This document shows positions 39,648 to 55,006 of a stretch of 64,000 nucleotides of DNA, piece by piece; position 1 is the first letter of the stretch, and every line of letters begins with the position of its first letter. The stretch lies in assembly GCF_036321535.1 (NCBI RefSeq), contig NC_087436.1, positions 32,490,001 to 32,554,000 on the forward strand. Direction: 5' to 3'. The notes beneath the pieces are model-generated. The model saw nothing but the letters and a program-made list of their open reading frames with translations, had not been told where the DNA came from and did not search any database. This DNA comes from Camelus dromedarius. Taxonomy: Eukaryota. A program made the translations under genes and the position numbers.

Positions 39648-41299
39648 ACATAGTCTAGAACAGAACAAACCTTTTCACTCTTACATACTATTGAAAGCCA
39701 CAAAGAATCTTCTGTTTTTGTGTTATATATATTGATATTAACCATTTCAAACATTGAAACATTTTAAAAATGTTAATTCATGTAAAATAATAATGAACTC
39801 CTTCATAAGTAACGTTTTAAACTAAAAAATATTTTTCCAACAAAAAAGTGAGAAGAATAGCTTTCTTCTGTATTTTTGAAAATCTCTTTATCTGGCTTAG
39901 TAAAAGACAGTGGGATTTACACAATAGCTTTTGCACTCCGTTTGCTGTAATATCACACATCATGTAACTGCTGGAAAACTGCACTATACACTCACTAAAG
40001 AGAGAATGAATAAAATAGGCAAAATGTGTTAGTATTATAAAAGTTTTGACCTTATGGAGTCCCTGAAAGGATCTTGGTGACCCCATGGTCCCCCAAACCA
40101 CTTTGAGAACTCATCAGAGGCCTGTGAGAGTGAGGTTTGAGTTCTTTTGGCAAAAACACTAGGTGCACATCTATGCTGTACATATCTGCTCTGTTTTCTT
40201 CCAACTTGCTCTTTTCACTTCATATATCCTGGAGATTCCCTCCACAGTAGCATCTGATATGTTTCTGATTCCTCTGTATAGCTTGTTTGATGGTTTCTCA
40301 TAAAGGGAGATTCCATCTTATTATTTCTTACTCTGTAGGATCTGCAGTCTTGAAACACATCTACAAAACGTGAGATGAGTTATTGGCTTTTTTGAACTTA
40401 CAGATTCAAATTTTTTATCAAGTGTGTTTCAACACTCTTAAAACTCATAAAAAAAAAAGCAAACAAACAAATATTTAAGCCAGAAGGATTCCAGAGCAGG
40501 AAGTTTGTTAAAATTTTGATTATCTCACATAAAACTGGTTGGCAAGTCCTTCTGGTACCATGTATGGTGCTACCTTCCTTTCTGTAGCAGCTTGTTCGAC
40601 TCAACTGGTTTCTTAGGCCTTCTCACCATTTGACATACTGCTGCCAGATTAATTTTTCTGAAGCAGTTGAATTAATCATTATTCCTAGAAAAATTTAAAG
40701 TCTTCTCATTGCACTGACTTTAAAATCCTTAGTAAAATCCACCACAAATTCAAAACATTATTGGCATTTTATGTGCAAAAATCTGAAATATGAAAAGTTT
40801 TTCTCTCTTAAGGTAATTTGAAGGTCTCAGGAAGAAAATTAAGGGGGAAATTGCCTGAGTTACACTCCAGGTAAGACTGTCTTTTTAAGGTGCCAAGAAA
40901 GGTCAAAGGAACAATCTCTGGTCATAGGGAACATAAATTTCTCAGAAGACAGAAAAACAAGTGTTTTGCTTCTCCCCAGGGCAATTTTCTCTCCATTATC
41001 TTTCTTGCCTTCCTTTCCCCCCTCCACCCACATTTGACTCCATAGTTAAGTGTTTATAACATACTCCTTTATGAAATCTTCCAGCTTATTTCTGACATGT
41101 ATTCATTGATGGACGATGGCAAAAGTAAAAGTACTTAGAAGTGTAGCTTTTTTTTTTTTAACCTCTATTAAGTCCTCTGAATCAGCTCTTTTCAATATAT
41201 TGAGCTGAAAATGTTTATTTTAATTTGCTGCATTGGATTTGATTTACTGATTTAGGGAACAATAAAGTTCTGGCGATTTACATGTCAGTATTAAAAGCA

Positions 41300-41625
41300 G
41301 AGTCTCAGGGCCTTTGCAGTGTTCACTCTTCTTTCCTGAGGAGTCCGCCTGATTAGCTTCCTCACTTTCTTTAGATCTGAGGTCACCTCAGCAACACTTT
41401 CCTGGGCCACCTTGTCTTCCACACTTCATATCCCATTTTCTTGCTTCATTTTTTTTTTCTCTTAGCTTTTATCAACATATTTTACTTACTTGTCTTATTT
41501 GTGGTCTGCCTCTCTTGCTAGAACATAAGCTCTGTGAAGGCAGGAAGTTTTAGCTCTTTTGTGCTGTACCCTGGCCTTCAGAACAGTGTTTGGCAGAGAG
41601 TAGAAATTCAATAAATGTTTGTTGG
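41300..41625 (+). mobile_element. L2 3' fragment
   Basis: ctcagggcctttgca...ctagaacataagctctgtgaaggcagg...caataaatgtttgttg. Confidence 0.7.
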
Positions 41626-41674
41626 ACAAATGGACAAAAAGGCAACACAACTGCAAACAAACCTCTAAACCATC

Positions 41675-41680
41675 TTTATT
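41675..41680 (-). terminator. Candidate poly(A) signal of INTU
   Basis: AATAAA followed by GU-rich GTTTGTTTGCAGTTGTGTTG on the minus strand, about 2.9 kb past the stop; unique sequence ends and an L2 begins just beyond it. Confidence 0.55.
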
Positions 41681-44548
41681 AAAAACTATTAATAGAGTAT
41701 AAAAATAGCTTTAATTATATAGAATGTAGAAGTACAACTCTGCAAAATTAAATTATTTCCATGCAGTTTAGTGTAGAGGTTGAAGTTTTAGTAACATTTA
41801 ATAATATATATTAAAATATCCAAAGTATAAATCCTTGTTTTAAAAGTGTTTAGTGCTGAATACTTTTTCTTAGCTTTGCAACATTTTGTACAGTAGCCGG
41901 TATGATTTAGCTGACTTCATGGTTTTCAACCAATGGATATTTAATAATAAAAAACGGTGGTAGTAGTAGCAGTAGCTAACCCTTTTACAGCACATAACAT
42001 GTGCCAGGCACTATTTAGACAGAAGTCACACAGACAACAAATAATTATTCACAATATTATTTTCAAGAATGCTCAAAGTAGACAAACCTAGTAAATTGGT
42101 TTCATAGCTTTTCCCATTTGTATTAGAAATATAAAAAAGCAGGCACTGCAAATTTACTATCTTGTGAGTATGCATCATCATCAGGGGTCCCTTGGCACAA
42201 ACAAGAAACACTCCTTTCTCTAATCTGACAAAAAGAAATGAAAGAAAGAGAAAGAGAAAATTGGGGTAGGGGTTAGAATCTAAAATGTAATTTGGAGGTG
42301 CTAAAAATATATGCTAGTGGTAAGACATACAGTCTTTTGCATTACAGTCTGGTGAAAAAGAGCATTTGCTGGGATGTTAATAAAATCCAAGTTAAGAATG
42401 TTTCTGTATCTGCTAAAGCATTCTTTGCCCTCCTTTATTTAATAAAGTGACAGGCACTTACTATCCAACAGTCAGATTGATCGACTTTCAGATTCGAATC
42501 TGAACCTATATGGAAAAACAGGCAGCTAAGTTTACTTATGCTGCTTACTTTGATATCCATTTAGAGAAAAAAACCAAGATAATGTTTGTTTTTATTTCTT
42601 AAATATGCAGTATCTCTGCAACATGGACATTACAGTGCATATCTACAATATAGCAAATGACTTTGCCTGTATTAAGATCAGTAGTCTGCTTTGTCTTTTT
42701 ATTTGTTAATATATGGTGGTCTCATGTTTCTTTAACACCAGGAAAGTGGTTTAACACATCAAAATTTCATTAAATGAAAGAGAAAAAGATGATAGAACCC
42801 CAAGTCTTAGTTCAGTCTGCCTGAAAATCTGGAGGTGATCAATAAAGTCCATTGAAGAGTAATTCTCAGTATTAAAAATAGCTCATTGTGTTTGGGGGAT
42901 ATATCAAGAAATTTAAGGCATTTCCTAATACTTTTAAACAAGAGTATCTTAATACCCATATATGTACACAGGTAGTTCTAAGACAGTAGTAAAGAGTCTA
43001 CCATTTGACCAATATTTTAATCTTAAGGGGAAGATATTTCAATCCATTTTCTATATTTCAAGAATCAAAGTTTCTTGCCCTGTTTTGAATGCCAAAATTA
43101 AGGCCCATAAGACACTAATGACACAAGTATAATGCTCTGCATCTTAAACGCCTGGGTGAAAATCTCTTAAACTGATGGAAGACGGATAATAGTGTTTCTT
43201 ATAAGACCAAATGTTTATAATGGTACACCCACTACGTTTTGCTGTGAGTTCTGACTAAGCTGGAGGGCTCATGTCTGAGGTAGGGGAAATGCAGAAGCTG
43301 ACTTTAGATGTGCTGGCATAATTTGCCTTCCAAAGCTTATGCCCTGAAGAAGAACCCAATATTATAAAGCCTTGGGGGCATCTGAGACTTCAGGAGAATC
43401 CACTGTGTGTCAATTAAAAATTAAGTTCTTCCTTTCTGTCAATCCACCAAATTCTGACAGCCAAAGAAAATTCTCATCCCATTAGTTTTCTTTCCTTACT
43501 CAAGGTCAAGTAAACTATTGTTCATTAAAGTGTCCCCCCTTTGAGAAAACTCAATACACAATGATCCATATTTGTAAGGCAAAAATTAGTATTTAACAAA
43601 AGAAGTAACCATAGGATTTCTTTAGTCAACTTTTTCAGTGTTTTCAACATGACTAGTTTAGGTTTTAAAAAAAGGTTTACATATAACTTTCCTAAAATTA
43701 ATGAACTTGTATAAAATGTATGTGTATATACCTGAATACATTTCAACAAAGAGAAAAACAATGAAAGTTTATGGACAAATAGTTTGAAAAATATATCCTA
43801 GTCAAAATAGAGCTGACCTGAAAGAGTAAAGAAAATCAAATAAATTAAAAAATAAGTTTAATTTTTCACTCCTCTCTTCCTCCCAGTGAGGTATCCTGAA
43901 ACACTTAAGCTAAAGAAAAGTATCTAAGAAAAAGTCTCAGAAGAAATCAGTACTTGGACATTACAAATTTAGGTACTGACCTACAGGCAAGAGAGAAAAA
44001 ATTACATTTTACTTAAGAGGGACTCTAGACACCTCAAAGGAATCATCTCATTTGTACATGAAAACTCTCAGCTCAGAGAGGTACAAAAACTTGTTCATAA
44101 TCACATCACTAATTAGTTACAGAACCTGGTTTCCTCTCAATTTCATGATTGTTTTGCCAGATATCAGTATTAGTCTTGAGAAAAATACACAGTGAACTGT
44201 GTATTTTTTGAACTGTGTATTTTTTCCAAGATAAACATTCCTATATTAATTTTACATAAAACATGTCACATTATTTCAAACTAGGAAATAAATTAATGTT
44301 ATATACCAAAATGGAAATAAGTTAACGATCCCTTCTTCATATTTTGATCAAGTATCTTCTTCAAAAGTCTCACGATAAGATTTAGTGCATGAAATCCAGC
44401 AGCATATCATCTTAGTCTTTAATAATATTATGTTCAGTATTGAATAGTGAAAAGAAGTTAAACCTTCTCTCTTTGTGAGTAGACTTCAGCAATTCTAATA
44501 CTGCTTGATAGTCTGTGCACAGTTTTGTTGTGCATCAAGAAAACACAG

Positions 44549-44686
<138 letters not shown>

Positions 44687-46671
44687 TCAGAAATCCCCAA
44701 AACAAAAAAACCCACAACTCTTCAATTTATTTAATTTAATTTTGTTTTTGTTTCTAAAAGAATCAGTAGTAAATTAAAAGACCACTAATCTAAAGATTAA
44801 TCTTAAGAGAGTTAAATTTTTAATCTATTCAATCAATTGCTAATGTATACAAATCAAACTATTTAAATCAGGAGTAGTTCTGCCTGACTTCCTTAAATTT
44901 CTCTATTCTACATCGATCAGCCTCATAATTCAACACCTATTGATTCTATCAATTCCAATTGTGAATGTAGTTAAGGCTCTACTGCACATGTTCATGTGTG
45001 CTTAACTCGTCTCTTATCTCTGTTCAGTCTTGTGCCCACACCATTCCATTTGGGGCTCCCAGCTTAAATCTTCCAATAGCACAGTTCTGATCACACTACA
45101 CTGAGTTGAGAACATGCTGATGCTCCCAAGCTTGGTTGGTTACACATCAGAATCACAAGGAGGCTTACTAAAAACACGGAGTCCCACTCTCGTGAATTCT
45201 GGTTCAGGAGGTCTCAGGTGGGGTGCAGGCATCTCTGATTTTAATAAGTGACTTGGGTGATTCTAAATTCCATGGCCCAGCACATGGGAATTACTACTCT
45301 GGATATCATTTGTAAAGTTTTTGTCATGCAATTTAGCAGTACATGGTGGGTGTCCAATAACATTAGCCCCACCTAACTCTGTGCTCCTTCCACCAATTCT
45401 CTATCCCATCTCAACCTTCAGTGGCTCAATATTTCCCTCAGAATTCAATTCCTTAGTTAGGAGTTGAAGGCTGTCTGCAATGGTCCTAACTTAGCTTTTC
45501 AGCTTGATCTTTCACTTCATCATTGTATATGCCATTCCTCTATCGTCCTGCAAACCAGTGTATTCACTGCCATGCCTTATGATTTCCTTTGTTTGGATCT
45601 TTATTCATCCCATCCTTTTCCTAGAATGCTCTATCCAAATCTAATTCATTTTCTAAACCAGATCAAATGGAATCCCTAAGCCTTTCTTTGTAATACCAGC
45701 TTAGATTCCACCCCTCTCCTCAGAATTCCCAGAGCATTTGGTTGAATTGCCTAATTTATTATGTATAGCAAGCTTGCTTTCTATCTGTGTATCTCTTTCT
45801 CTCTATCTCCCCACAGATTATATATCCATAAATAGATATTTTAGCATGTTTTATATTTCTTCTGCTAGATGTAAGACCATTAGATGCAATGACTGTGTCT
45901 TTGTCTTTGCATTTGCCAATTTGCTACCCACCACCACGTTTTACCAAGCACAGCTCCATTTAAATCCTAACATGTTTATCAAGTGACTGTGTGCCAGGTG
46001 CTGTTGCAGGTGCCAGTGGTGGACGAGTCATTAAATTCCTGACTTCCCAAAGCTGAAATTCTAGTGAGGGGGAGAAAGACCATAAACAAATGGATTATGG
46101 ATTGTCTGTTTGACAAGAGATGACATGTTAGCACTGGTCTGAATATCAAGGAGCCAGATATGCAAAGGTTAAGAAGTAGAACATCCTACACAGAAGGAAT
46201 GGCAGGAACAGGATTTGACTGGTGCCAATGTGGCAAGGCACAGTGGATAAGGGGGAGAGTGACAGTGGGTAGAAACAGAGATGGGAAGAGGCCAGGTAGG
46301 GCAGGGTCTTGTAGTTGGTTGGGGGGTGGGAGAGGAGAGGGGAATGGAAGTGGGGAGGAAATGAGAGAGGGAAGAAAAGAAGTAGGGTCAGAGGGAAGGA
46401 AATAGCCATAAAAGTGTAGAATCATTTCATTTCCTGTCAGTGTATTACAAATACAATTTTGTAAGATAACCAAATAAGTTTTGTGGGGTTTTTTTTTTTT
46501 TAGATAGAAAAAGACTTGGGAAGAATTTAAAGGAGATAACTTAGTAAATAAAATAAAATTCTAAAATACATTAAAATATTATAGTCAGGCTAATAATTCC
46601 ATGCCTACAACGTAAAATCCTTATCCTCTTTAACACTTTTCTAAAACTTTTAAATACTTTTTTCCACTTAC

Positions 46672-46829
46672 CCTACTACCCAGTAAGCCATAACTGGTGG
46701 TGCTTTTCTCTGATCAGTCCAGTTTTCAGGTGAGCATTCAAACAACACACCATGTTCTTTCACAGGCTTAAGAGAAGACACTGAATTTGTAGAACCTGAA
46801 TGATCTCCACCATTTAGTGCTTTCTTTTT
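46672..46829 (-). CDS. INTU: INTU penultimate coding exon (158 bp)
   Basis: [53 protein letters not shown]|gtaag. Confidence 0.95.
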
Positions 46830-47419
46830 CTGTAAATTAATAGATATTATTAGTATTAACTGGTATTAATAGTGTTGACTTTAAAATGTTTTCATATATA
46901 GATTTGAATTGTTGATCCTAATACTTTTAAGTGCCTGCAATGATTCTTCTTCTTATCTGCAGGAAAATTTCTACTCTTCCTTGTACTTGCTTTAAGTATC
47001 ATCTCCTAAAAGAGACTTCATGGATAAAGTGTCTCTTGACTCTCCAAGGTAACATTTATTTCACAGCCCTACATTATTAATATTTATAATATATTAGTAA
47101 TTTATAGGTTTATCTTCCCCAGGACATTATAATCATTTTTTTCCAAGTCAGAGACAATATGCTATTCATCTTTGTATTTTTTGAAAACAGCAGTGCTTTG
47201 TACTTAGTAGGTGCTTAATGAATAAATGACTAATCAGTTACTAAATGAATAGATGAAATGTAATAAACTTAAAAACACCTATACTTAAAGCTGTATTGTC
47301 TCTTTCTCTGAAGCATTCTCAGTTTCCCACTGATTAAATCATTAACAAACCAGTGACTCATTTGGAATATAAAGACCTTCTGTAAGACTCAGGCCAGTGG
47401 CGTGATCCTCCAGTCTTCT

Positions 47420-48115
47420 CTTTCTCTCAAAATCTTCATCTAAGTCATCAGCAAACCCTTTTGGCTCATCCTTCAAAATATATCCAGAATCCAGAATCCA
47501 CTGTCATTTCTTGCTTTGAGAATTTCCATAGCTCCTAACTGGTCCCTGCCTCCACCCTTGTTACCCTGCGAACCTGTTCTCTTCCACAGTAGCCTAAGTG
47601 ATCCTTTCAAAACTAAGGATGATGTATGTCCCTGCTGTGCTCTGAGAACCTTCTATCCTCTTCAGAACAAGGGCCACAGTCCTTTAGCATGTCCTTACGC
47701 ATGGTCTGGCCCTGCTACTTTTATGGTCTCAACTCTTAGCACTCTCCTCCCCACCCAGCCTGCTCCGGCGCTTTTGCTGCCACTCCTCCCTCTGTGGCTT
47801 TGTACTTGCTATTTGTTATGTCTGGAAGCTCTGCCTCTGGATTTGCCACATGGCTCGGTCCCTTACTTCATTCAGTTCTCTGTTCAAATATTACTTGACA
47901 CAATCAGAGGGATCTTTCAAAATAATAACTTCCACCTCTCATCCTTCCCATTTTATCATTCCTCTTGAAACTTATCCTACCTGATATATTACACTCCTTG
48001 CTATTCAGTAGCCTCCCCTATTAGAATATCGGCTTCATGAGGAGAGAGATTTGTTCACTGCTGTATCCCAGCGTCTAAAATAGTATTTAGTGCATAGTAC
48101 GTACCTCAATATTTA
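47420..48115 (+). mobile_element. L2 LINE 3' fragment
   Basis: ccttcaaaatatatccagaatcc...ctcctaactggtccctgcctcc...ttgttcactgctgtatccc. Confidence 0.75.
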
Positions 48116-49113
48116 AACAATATGGGGAAGGCTAATTTATATTACTAAATACTACTGAATAAGTTAGTGAAATGTACCTTATAGAATCTTTCAGTATGTT
48201 AAAATGGAACGGAGGAGCCTCAGAACACAAAGCACGTAAGGATATGTGGCCAAACCACATTTTGCTGAATACCAATTTCTGATAGCTCGAAGAAGGACAC
48301 AGAATTTTACTGCTGAATGAGTCCTAAGAGATGATATAATTCAGCTCATTCACTTTATAGCTGGTGAAGGAGGAAGAGTTGAGGCTCAGTCTGGGATTCC
48401 TTATTCCCAGCCCAGTGTTCTTCCACCTTTGAACCTAAGTTCTTCACAAATTTAGCATCCTTAGCAGATGTATTGCTAGATACATTACAGTCATCTTCAG
48501 GGAGTATTTTTTGGGAGGGGGGCTGTATGATGTTTCACCAGTCACAAATAGACTTCTGCATGTTTATCCTTTTCAAGAAATCAACACTCACTTTCCATGC
48601 TATTAAAACAATTGCTATTTTAATTGTATACAACATTACAACTTATCTAGAAGGTACAATATTAAATGAAACTTTATCCTGGATCGAGAAGCAAGCAACC
48701 AACCAACCAACATTATACTACAGTTCTGTGTCTACTGCTGTACGTGTCCAATTATGTTCCAAAATACCTTGTACTGCTGGTTGAATACTTAAAGAATTAT
48801 CAGTCACCCACAGGTAGTGACAACTTTCCAAGTAATAGTTGAGTTACAGATATCAAATATGGGAGGCACATTTACATTACAAACAACTATATTCAAATTT
48901 GCTATGGAAAAACACAGGTCAACCATTTTCTGAAATAGTAATCTGGGACATCAGATTCAGAATTATGAAATAAAGCTTTGAAGTTAAGTACTGTGAGTAT
49001 AATCTTATCATTCAAGTTAGACTGGGTGACTGTTAAAAAAAATTAAATGAAAACAGTGATTGGGGGACATATTGATTAAAGAGTTTAGACAGAATATTTA
49101 GGGAGTGCCCTAC

Positions 49114-49303
49114 CTCTTCAACCAACGTCTGTTGGAAAATTGCACGAATGGTGAGACAACACTGATGGAAATTCTTTATTAGCTGAGGGTGGATAGAGCC
49201 ACCCAACTGTGCCACTTCTTCATGGGTAGGAGTAATAAAGATCCCTTGCACTGTTTCTAAGGCAACATAGTGGAAAAGTGTGTTCTCAGGACCAGATGTC
49301 AAT
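49114..49303 (-). CDS. INTU: INTU coding exon (190 bp)
   Basis: (K)[63 protein letters not shown]|gtagg. Confidence 0.95.
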
Positions 49304-50890
49304 CTTGGAAAGAAAAAACAAAAAGAAAAGAAAAAGATATTTAAGTAAACTTGAAAAAGTTTCTTCATTTTGAATTTTGTGGACTTCTAAAAAGCTTTAA
49401 ACTACAATATAATATTAGGAGTATAATTAGGGAAGGGAAACTAGGCCAAACATTTAATTCCTTCTTCCTTCTTATCTGAAATACAAGCTAGGGTTATTAT
49501 CAATTCCCTTAATTGAAGCAAATTCTACATGTTACGCAAGGATAAACAAACACCAATTCATTTGCAAGTAACTTAATCGTCCCTTTGCTAAACAACCCAA
49601 ACTGGCTAAACCTCTCTTTTTCCATGGTTGGTAATGAATAGCTTAGCCCATGTCTGACCCAGATATCTACAAGCCATAAACAAGGTATCAGTCTAGGGTG
49701 GACCACACATAAAAACACCTTCAAACAAACTAAACATTTTAGTTAGTAGCATTTAAGTCTTTTACCATAACTGTCAAACTGATCATCCTAAAGAAAAATA
49801 AAATTATTATTACCAACTGCAAAGCTGGGTTAGTAGTCTAGATTACCATGCCAATGACTAGCAGCATTCTACTGTTTCTCATCATTGTATTCTGTGTTCT
49901 CTTACTATTCTCATTTCTCCATTCTTTTTCTCCATCCTTTCTTCCCTTATTGAGATCTGCGATGGGCCAGCAGAACCTACAAATACTGCTTATTTCCACC
50001 AGTAGTAAGAAAAGCTAAAGGACAGCAATGATAGCAACAATGAAATAGTAGCTATCATATACCGAATGCCCTCTATGTGCCAACATAGGTGCTTTGAATT
50101 ACCTTAGTTTTAATTCTTATAATGATCCTGTAAGATATTAAATGTTACTGTCCTCATTTTAACCACGAGGATATCAATTTTCAGAGGACTTAAATTACCT
50201 TGTCTGAGGTCACCTAGCTAAGTATCAGAGCTTAGGTGACTCTGAAGCCTATTCGGCTACCCCTTGCTCTTTCCTGATTGGCAGTCTTTAAATACCTGAA
50301 GAGCAATTCCCCATCCACATCTCAAGCACTCAAGCTGTCCCATTCTCATTCTAATGTCTATTAAAAAAATTCATTCAGTTGATTTTTTTTTTTCCAGCCA
50401 CAGCACAGAGGCAAAGCAAAGGCCTATTTCAGCTCTTAGCCTAAATACCACTTCGATTATCCATGCTAGTCAAAATGCTGTTAAACTAATTAGGCAGCAA
50501 GATCAGAATAACTTCTTATCACTGACTTCTAAGTCTTAGTTCTCTTTAGAGACAAGGAATAGGCAGAGAAGGAGATCATCTACAAATTTTTCTCAGACTT
50601 TTCCATAGGATGGCTGGCTCATTAACAACTAGTGCCTGATGTTTTTTCAATCAAGTAAAAAATACTCAAGGTGAAAAAATTATAATTATTCAAAAAAGAA
50701 AATAATTTAAAACATACATTTTAAACTCGAGGTTTTCAAATTCAAGATAAGGTACAGAACAGAAATGATTTTTTAAAAAAGAACTATTAATAAGATTCCT
50801 GTTTAGGGAAGTTTAGAATTAACATTTGTGTTAACCTCTTTAATTTTCTCTCAAAACAACCCCAAAACACAATGAGCAGGTCTGGTTCTT

Positions 50891-51287
50891 TTTTTTTTTT
50901 TTTTTTAATTGAAATACAATCCGTTACAATATGTCAATTTCTGACGTACAGCACAATGTCCCAGTCATGCATATACATACATATATTCGTTTTCATATAC
51001 TTTTTCATTAAAGATTATAACAAGGTATTGAATATAGTTCCCTGTGCTATATAGAAGAAATCTGTTTAAATTCTATTTTTATATATAGTGGCTAACATTT
51101 GCAAATCTCAAACTCCCAAATTTATCCCTTCCCACCTTCTTTCCCCTAGTAACCATTAGATAGTTTACTATGTCTGCAGATCTGTTTCTGTTTTGTAGAT
51201 GAGTTCATTAGTGTCCTCTTTTTTTCTTTTTTTTAGATTCTACATATGCATGATACCATATGGTATTTTTCTTTCTCTTTCTGGCTT
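50891..51287 (-). mobile_element. Lineage-specific L1 3' end
   Basis: Same family as the copies at 25782 and 37061; poly(T) on plus; TSD aggtctggt(t/a)ctt at 50878-50890 and 51288-51300. Confidence 0.9.
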
Positions 51288-52235
51288 AGGTCTGGTACTT
51301 GAAAACCATAAATTCACACCATGTGTATTAACTTACTCAGTATATAAACTGAAAGTATAAAAATCATCAGACAAGCAATTACCCAAAGGGAAGACAAATA
51401 CTTGTTTGGTTTTGTTTTTTAAAGCAGATTAAATCAGATTTGTTCTTCAGAAAGGTCACTCCTACAGCAGAGAATGGATTCAGGGTAGGCTGGAAGTTGG
51501 CAGCCAGTTGCAATACAACCAGGTGAGAGAATGGGAGCCTGAACTAGGGTAGGATCATTAGGGGCTCAATGGTTTCAAGAATTATCAGAATACAGAATGG
51601 ATAGGACTTGGTTACTGAATGAAATGTTTTCTGTATATTATTGTTTTTAGTATATTACATACTTTTATTTTATAAAAATATGTACTTACAGATTAGGATA
51701 ATACCTAATACCACACTGGTTTATATCACACTTTTACTATTAGTCATTAGGTGTGGGCTACTCTGAGGGAGAGGTTGTAACCTTGGTTGAGTCAATTAAC
51801 TTCCAAGTAGGACAAGGCCAAGGGAGGGACTCAGCTATGAGCCATTAGCAGCCATCACTCTCAAGCACTGTGAATGAGTACCTGGGGCTAAGGAGTATTG
51901 CAGCAACCACAGCATCCACTGGAGTCTAAAATAGCAAACTAAGTTAAAAACTAGACATACAAAAGGGAAGTCACCTATGGAAGAAAGATAAATGGGGACT
52001 TTCACATTTTGAAGTATTACTTTGTATGTTTCTTATTTCTTACGGAGTATGTTTCCTATATGTGTAATGAAAAACAGAAAAACAGCATAGCAATTACCTT
52101 TCATATGTAAGAGATACCATAATTACACTTGTTGAATAAAATCTCAATTTGGTATGGAATCATACTTTTTCACTGTAAAATTTCCTTGAAGACACAAAGC
52201 TAAATGAAAAATTAAAATATAAGGAAGTTTCTTAC

Positions 52236-52333
52236 TTCATTGTGTTATATATTTCCAATTCTTTTTCCAAAAGGTCCTTTTTCAAGTTCCCCAAATGAAA
52301 TGGATTTGGAAGGGTAGACTTCTTTTTAGTGAT
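52236..52333 (-). CDS. INTU: INTU coding exon (98 bp)
   Basis: ttttcag|[33 protein letters not shown]|gtaag; phases 0 and 2 fit both neighbours. Confidence 0.93.
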
Positions 52334-53678
52334 CTGAAAAGTATCATTAAGTAAATCAGTTTTTATCTAAGAATGGAATCAACAGAAGTAATGTAAAAAC
52401 TAAAAATCCTTCTGAGAGAACTACTTACTATTTGCAATGTTTCCTTTAAATATTTTCAATGCTAACTTGTACCTCTTGGCTTATCCTTTGCTAGAAGTGA
52501 CCCCAGGGCCATGTCATGGGAGGACATGACGGTTCTCCCTGTAAACTCCTACCAGCACCATAATGAAGCCATTACCAAGTTTTGTTAGAATTTATATGTA
52601 TGCATACTTGTCTCCTTCTCTAGACCGCACCTCTCAACGGAGAGAGCTGTATCTTATTCATCTTTTTATCTCCTTTGTGTAGCATGGCCCTTGGTACACA
52701 GTAGGTGTTCAATCAATATTTATTGAATGGCTGGATCTTAGAGATTAATACAGTTTCTTTTAAGAGCTCCTTAAGTCTAGCCAAATCCTCTTAGACTATA
52801 TTTCCTATCAATTTCACAGACTGGGATTATGAGTACCACCAGTGTGAGTACTTCCTAAATACACCCACTTAGAGCTCCAAGAGTGCTCTATTTTTTGGAA
52901 TTAGGAGACCAAATCTATGGTCATCTATGCCACAATACTTAGAATCTGTTTTATTTGTACCCCTTCTCAGAATCCTTCATGCTTTGTCTGGCATCACCTT
53001 CATTCACCCAAATTAAGTTTCAAAAATGTTTTGAAAGAGCAGCATCACTAGAATAAGTACAAAGTCTACTAGGGTGATTACTCTAATAATCATTTGGATA
53101 TGTTATGGTATTTTCATGGGAAAAAACATGGAAAAACAATAATCTAAAAAAAGAACATTTTCTTTGTTTTATTTGTCACATGTTGGATTCTTGAGTATGG
53201 AGAGCAGACTTTCACAGTTGCAGATAAAAAAATACTCATCTATGGGAAAAATAGGACAAATATTCATAAATGTATAGATATAACTTTTTTTAAGTTCTTG
53301 ATTTTATTTTTGTTTCTGCTGAACATTTTCTTTGCTATTTAGTCAGATCAGTCCCCAAATGCCCCAGAAATAGGATGTTCTTTGTTATCACTGTGAATAG
53401 AGAAAAAAGAGATGAACACAGAAAGCAAGATTAGAGAGTTTCCCTACTTGTAATTACTGTCAAGTATATACGCTGTTAAGCACATTCTAGCTAATGTTTT
53501 ATCACTTGGTATTTCTTTCTCTTTTTGATCCTAAATCATTAGTTTGTCAATAGTGACTAAAACAACCACTAGTTCAAATGAAGAATGATCTGCTATTAAA
53601 AATTATTCTGCAGTTATAAAATAAGGACTGGAGAGACAGCTTAGCTCCCAGAATGTACACACTTGAAGGAACACACAC

Positions 53679-54158
53679 CTTAAGCAAGGCCCCACTTTCT
53701 TCTGAACCATCAGATCCCTGAGATTCTCTTTGCTTCTGGACTGTGTCCAGTGTACTGTGGGGGCTCAAGCCAGCACCTTCTCCAGCTTCATAACCATTGT
53801 CAGATCCTCCACTTCGGGAAGGACTGGGCTTACGTGTCTTTAAGGAATAGTCACCAAAAAGAGTTCTTCTGCACGTTGGAGACGTTGCTACTTTGGAGGT
53901 CCCTTGTAGCCTATTGAGGATGGGTGAAGTTGTCAAATTATCTAATTTTTCATGTGATCCAGCAAGGAACCAATCAGCACAAGACAAACAGGGGCCCGGA
54001 GAAAAGGCTAGCCGTTCATTTATGCGGGAATCTACCCCTTCCAGCTGGTGAAGAGTTGTTTTGACCTGATCCACGTATATACAGTCTGGTCCAGGATTCC
54101 CAATAGCTTTGGATGCACAGCCTCCAGCTTCTAATAGTACACACAACATGTAATGTCT
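53679..54158 (-). CDS. INTU: INTU coding exon (480 bp)
   Basis: [39 protein letters not shown]...[10 protein letters not shown]|gtgtgt. Confidence 0.94.
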
Positions 54159-54784
54159 CTATACAAAAACAATTATTAATATAGATTTAGCCACATTTAA
54201 AAATTTGTATGTAACATGCATGTATAAATTTATGAATTCTAAAGACATGAGCATATGGCATAACCACGTGATGCTTATTAAAAACTACCCCCCTTCTTAG
54301 TTATTGCAATGCTTTTGATCACCCTTGACATCTAATCTCACTTTGCCTTATCCCAATACACCATCAGCTACTACTTTTGACACATAGAATTCCCTAAGGT
54401 AGCTTTCAAAGAGCCTCAATCATTGATAGTCCCTTCATTCACAATCACATATTTGTTGTTTCTGATTCTATATTCTTTTCATGTCTCTATTTCCCAAAAC
54501 AAACCAGAGTATAAAAGTTCAAATTTTATAGAAATGGGAACAAAAGATCATAATAACCTGCTAAAAATCTTATCTTGGGTTTCATTAATGTTTCTCTATG
54601 AGTATGAAATGGATGCAAAAAAAAAAAAAAAGAAAGAAGCGCATGTAACACTTTCTGGAATACTAGTATTTGACATACTCTTAATTTTAAATTATCATTT
54701 CTGTTTGTGTATTTATTTAGGCAGTAAATGATGAAAACAAGCAAACGAAAAACAAACCCAAGAAAGAAACTAAGGTAAACTTAC

Positions 54785-55006
54785 CAAGCCAACAATTAGC
54801 AAAAAATATCTCCCCTCAGGTTCCTGAAAGACTTCAGTGTTTGAGGCTGAAGAAGGTTGGAGGTGATAGAGGGGAAACACTTCTCTCCATATTACCAACT
54901 GACCGATTCTGTGTTTTGCTGCTAAAGGCAGTAGGCAGTGGTGGCGACAGTATACAGCAATATTAATAAGATCATCCTTAGGCAAATGACTGCATATCAA
55001 GTAACC
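54785..55006 (-). CDS. INTU: INTU coding exon (222 bp)
   Basis: [45 protein letters not shown]...RYFLLIVGL|gtaag. Confidence 0.94.

Noticed and set aside
47516..47968. 150-aa plus-strand ORF
   Set aside because: It lies within an L2 relic, has a non-ATG start, and is best explained as a chance open frame.
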